The position numbers were made by a program, and so were the translations under genes. From assembly GCA_963801165.1 (NCBI GenBank), contig CAWDDT010000004.1, forward strand, positions 640,001 to 704,000: a stretch of 64,000 bases of DNA, read 5' to 3'. Of the stretch, positions 61,461 through 64,000 are shown one piece after another. Each line of letters opens with the position of its first letter. The first letter of the stretch is position 1. The DNA comes from an uncultured bacterium (GTDB lineage Bacteria > Actinomycetota > Acidimicrobiia > Spongiisociales > UBA5794). The notes below the pieces were generated by a model that saw nothing but the letters and a program-made list of their open reading frames with translations, searched no databases and was not told where the DNA came from.

Positions 61461-62774
61461 TCAAACGTGCGCATTCTCGTTATCCGACTCCGAAGGTTCG
61501 CCGTAAATACCGGCAATCGCCCTGCTGGTTCCGAAAAGCCGTAGCCCGTTGCCGATCGTCAGGCTGAGCGGGCGGGCGAACGCTTGAGTTACCCCGGCGG
61601 TTGCCGCCGCCAGCAGCTGGAAGGGGGCTGAGATCATGCTGACGATACCGATGACCCGCGACCGGTTGGCCGCGGTGAGCTCCTGGACGACCAGCACGAT
61701 TGCGGCCAGGAACACATTGGCGACAACCGTAGCGATCACAAGCCCAGGAACGATGTATGCCTTGGGGACCAGGAAGGCCATTGGGTTGCCCACCCAATCG
61801 AACCCGACCGCCAGCGCATAGACGGCGGACGCCCCGACCAGGAAGGTGTTGAACCGGTGATGGTTGTGCCGGGACACCTCGCGGTCATGCGAAATCGCAG
61901 CCCTCATGACCCGGGGGCCCATCACGTAGCCCAGCCCGACACCTATGACAATGATCGGGACTGCGGCGATTCGGGCCGCTTCGGCATAGCCGAGTACCTC
62001 GAGACCAGCCGTGAACGTGATGATCGACGCGGCGCCGAACGCGGCGACCGGCTCGATGCCCACGCCGATCATCAGCCAGACTCCCGAGCGCATCAGGCTG
62101 TGGGGATTGAGACGCTCGAGCGCACGTTCCGCCGACCATGGTCGGGCGAGGATCAAACCGAGGAGCAACGACAGCAGGTTGGCGATTGCCAGCGCACCGA
62201 AGGGAATCCATTCTGCTGTGACGTCGAGCAGGAGCATGACCGCGATCGAAGCACCCGATATGGCGACCTGTACAGCTGAGACTGATGCGGCCGCCCATGA
62301 GCGATCGGCGATGTGGAGCATCCGTCTGATGTGATCCTGGGTGGGCCACAGAAAAGTCGTGGCGGCTGCGGTGATGGTGAGAGGCGTCACCACATCGGCC
62401 GTGGAGGTCTGGGCGGCAACGAGGGTAGCGATCCCGATCGCGAGGGCTCCTGCCAGCGAAGGCAGGATCCCGTAGAAAATGCTCTGGGTGAGGACCCGGG
62501 TACGGTGCTCCTGCGGCCAGGCGACGGCAACGACCTCAGAAGGAATGTAAATGAGGTTGTTGGCAATCACCTGGGCGAAGTTGAACGCGGTGAAGAAAAT
62601 GGCGTACACCCCGAGCTCGGCGCGGCCGAGGATGGTGGCGGCGATGAGACCGGTGAGGAAAGTCGCCAGCGATGACATTCCCGCATCGACGACTCCGGCG
62701 CCGATGCCGAGTTTGTTTATCAGCCGATTACGCAGCGAAGGGGCGAACTCGTTATCGGCCATGTCCATGCTCAT
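61461..62774 (-). CDS. Polysaccharide flippase (Wzx/MATE-like)
   Basis: About 12 TM; VVDAGMSSLATF, LGRAELGVYA; adjacent to an O-antigen ligase-like gene. Confidence 0.7.
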   Translation of the reverse strand: MSMDMADNEFAPSLRNRLINKLGIGAGVVDAGMSSLATFLTGLIAATILGRAELGVYAIFFTAFNFAQVIANNLIYIPSEVVAVAWPQEHRTRVLTQSIFYGILPSLAGALAIGIATLVAAQTSTADVVTPLTITAAATTFLWPTQDHIRRMLHIADRSWAAASVSAVQVAISGASIAVMLLLDVTAEWIPFGALAIANLLSLLLGLILARPWSAERALERLNPHSLMRSGVWLMIGVGIEPVAAFGAASIITFTAGLEVLGYAEAARIAAVPIIVIGVGLGYVMGPRVMRAAISHDREVSRHNHHRFNTFLVGASAVYALAVGFDWVGNPMAFLVPKAYIVPGLVIATVVANVFLAAIVLVVQELTAANRSRVIGIVSMISAPFQLLAAATAGVTQAFARPLSLTIGNGLRLFGTSRAIAGIYGEPSESDNENAHV

Positions 62775-62775
62775 A

Positions 62776-64000
62776 TCAGCGAACGGCCACTCGGCGCTTT
62801 GGCGTTGTCTTTAGCGACAGGGCAGTCAAGGACGGGAAGCGGTTCTGTTGGGCGAGGATCACCAACGCCGCCCCGGCACCGTAGAACGCCCACATGACCA
62901 TCGCCACCTGCGCTCCCTCGAGAGTCGGGTCGAATATGCAGTTCACCAGGAACGGTATGGGCGTCACCATTATCCATCCCACGATCGCCGATTCGTGGGG
63001 CCGATCCCGGTAGCGGAGTCGTCTTCGTAACGTCTGCATCTCGGCCATCCACGTGATCCACAGGATCAACCACAGGATCAACCCGAGCCAGCCCGTCCTT
63101 GCCAACACGCCGACATGCGAGTTGTGCGGGTTGCGCAGTGGAGTCTTGTCGTCGGTGGTGATGCCGTAGCGTTTGCCGAGGTCGGGGCCGGGGCCGAAAC
63201 CCATTATGGGCGACTCATTGCTCACGTCGTTGAGTACCTGGGTCCAGATATTGAGTCGCCACTCCGTCGTCTGAGTCTGACGTTGCCCGCCTTCGTCCGG
63301 GTGGATGATGCTTGTGATGTTGTTGGCGAACTGCTCGATCGAGATGGTGCGCTCATCGAACAGAGCGATGTTGACCTTGAAGATGATGCCGATCGCACCG
63401 CCAAAGACCAGAACCGCAATCATCATGACCACCATCTCGAGACGATGTTTGCTGAGCATGACCATGACTACCGCGATCAGCACGAAGGAGGAAACCATGC
63501 CTCCACGGTTCTGCAAACCGGTGAAGACGATCACGAGGGTCGCTAACGTGGTCAGACCGCCACGCTGGCGTGGTGTGAACAGCCTGCTGTCTCCGTCCGC
63601 CAGCCACAAGAACGCGATCGCCACCGCGGCGAGCACAGCGATGTTGCCGTTGCGGTGTTCGAAGATGGAGACGTTGGAATCGGGGACCTTGATGCTCTTT
63701 GGTGCCGTGGAACTGAGCACAGTCGCTACCGGAAGCCAGATGAGCATGATCGGCAACAGCTTGGCGTAGCGCACTATCCAGTCGCCCACCCGGCGCGGGT
63801 CGGAAACCAATAGCATCGCCACGAAGAAGGCGGTGATCCCGTAGTACCAGATTGCCGAGTCCCGGACTGCGTCGAGTCCCCAGGGGATGATGGCGAGCAA
63901 GAGCAGGAGCAACCCCCACAGCATGAAGTTGCGCAGCGCCCGCAGCCCGGCGGTGCCGTGTGTGATGCTGCCGAAGCCGCTCCTGGCGCTGAGGATCACC
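62776..64000 (-). CDS. O-antigen ligase/Wzy-family membrane protein (5' end outside the window)
   Basis: NRGG, TEWRLNIW, PIMGFGPG, PHNSHVGVLARTGWLG. Confidence 0.82.
   Translation of the reverse strand, partial: VILSARSGFGSITHGTAGLRALRNFMLWGLLLLLLAIIPWGLDAVRDSAIWYYGITAFFVAMLLVSDPRRVGDWIVRYAKLLPIMLIWLPVATVLSSTAPKSIKVPDSNVSIFEHRNGNIAVLAAVAIAFLWLADGDSRLFTPRQRGGLTTLATLVIVFTGLQNRGGMVSSFVLIAVVMVMLSKHRLEMVVMMIAVLVFGGAIGIIFKVNIALFDERTISIEQFANNITSIIHPDEGGQRQTQTTEWRLNIWTQVLNDVSNESPIMGFGPGPDLGKRYGITTDDKTPLRNPHNSHVGVLARTGWLGLILWLILWITWMAEMQTLRRRLRYRDRPHESAIVGWIMVTPIPFLVNCIFDPTLEGAQVAMVMWAFYGAGAALVILAQQNRFPSLTALSLKTTPKRRVAVR

Overview
High-GC chromosomal window, most consistent with an Actinomycetota genome (probably Acidimicrobiia). 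That assignment is inferred from nucS, SUF gene content, an F420-type LLM oxidoreductase, a PASTA-domain PBP and many leaderless-type starts. It is mostly core metabolism: a SUF Fe-S system split over three loci with two sufC paralogues; nucS and a family-5 UDG; a group-2 sigma70; fumC; pncB and two sirtuins; a DsbB/thioredoxin pair; lpdA-E2 followed by a fused lipB-lipA gene; tkt, pduO and pepA; two B12-mutase large subunits (one isobutyryl-CoA-type, one methylmalonyl-CoA-type); acyl-CoA carboxylase and birA; three ABC exporters; cell-envelope genes; and the end of a polysaccharide locus. I found no rRNA, tRNA, CRISPR array, transposase or integrase. The best leads are: (i) a shared imperfect-palindrome motif at the same distance upstream of sufB and sufC2-sufS, plus a possible asymmetric SufB-C-C'-D complex; (ii) the LipB-LipA fusion; (iii) sigma28/WhiG-like promoters ahead of secreted proteins; (iv) a repeated double-hairpin element with a compensatory base change; (v) an unannotated 29-aa membrane protein and a 24-codon E1-alpha-like relic; (vi) a pair of compensating frameshifts in a surface protein. 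All calls come from reading motifs by eye; no database searches were run.
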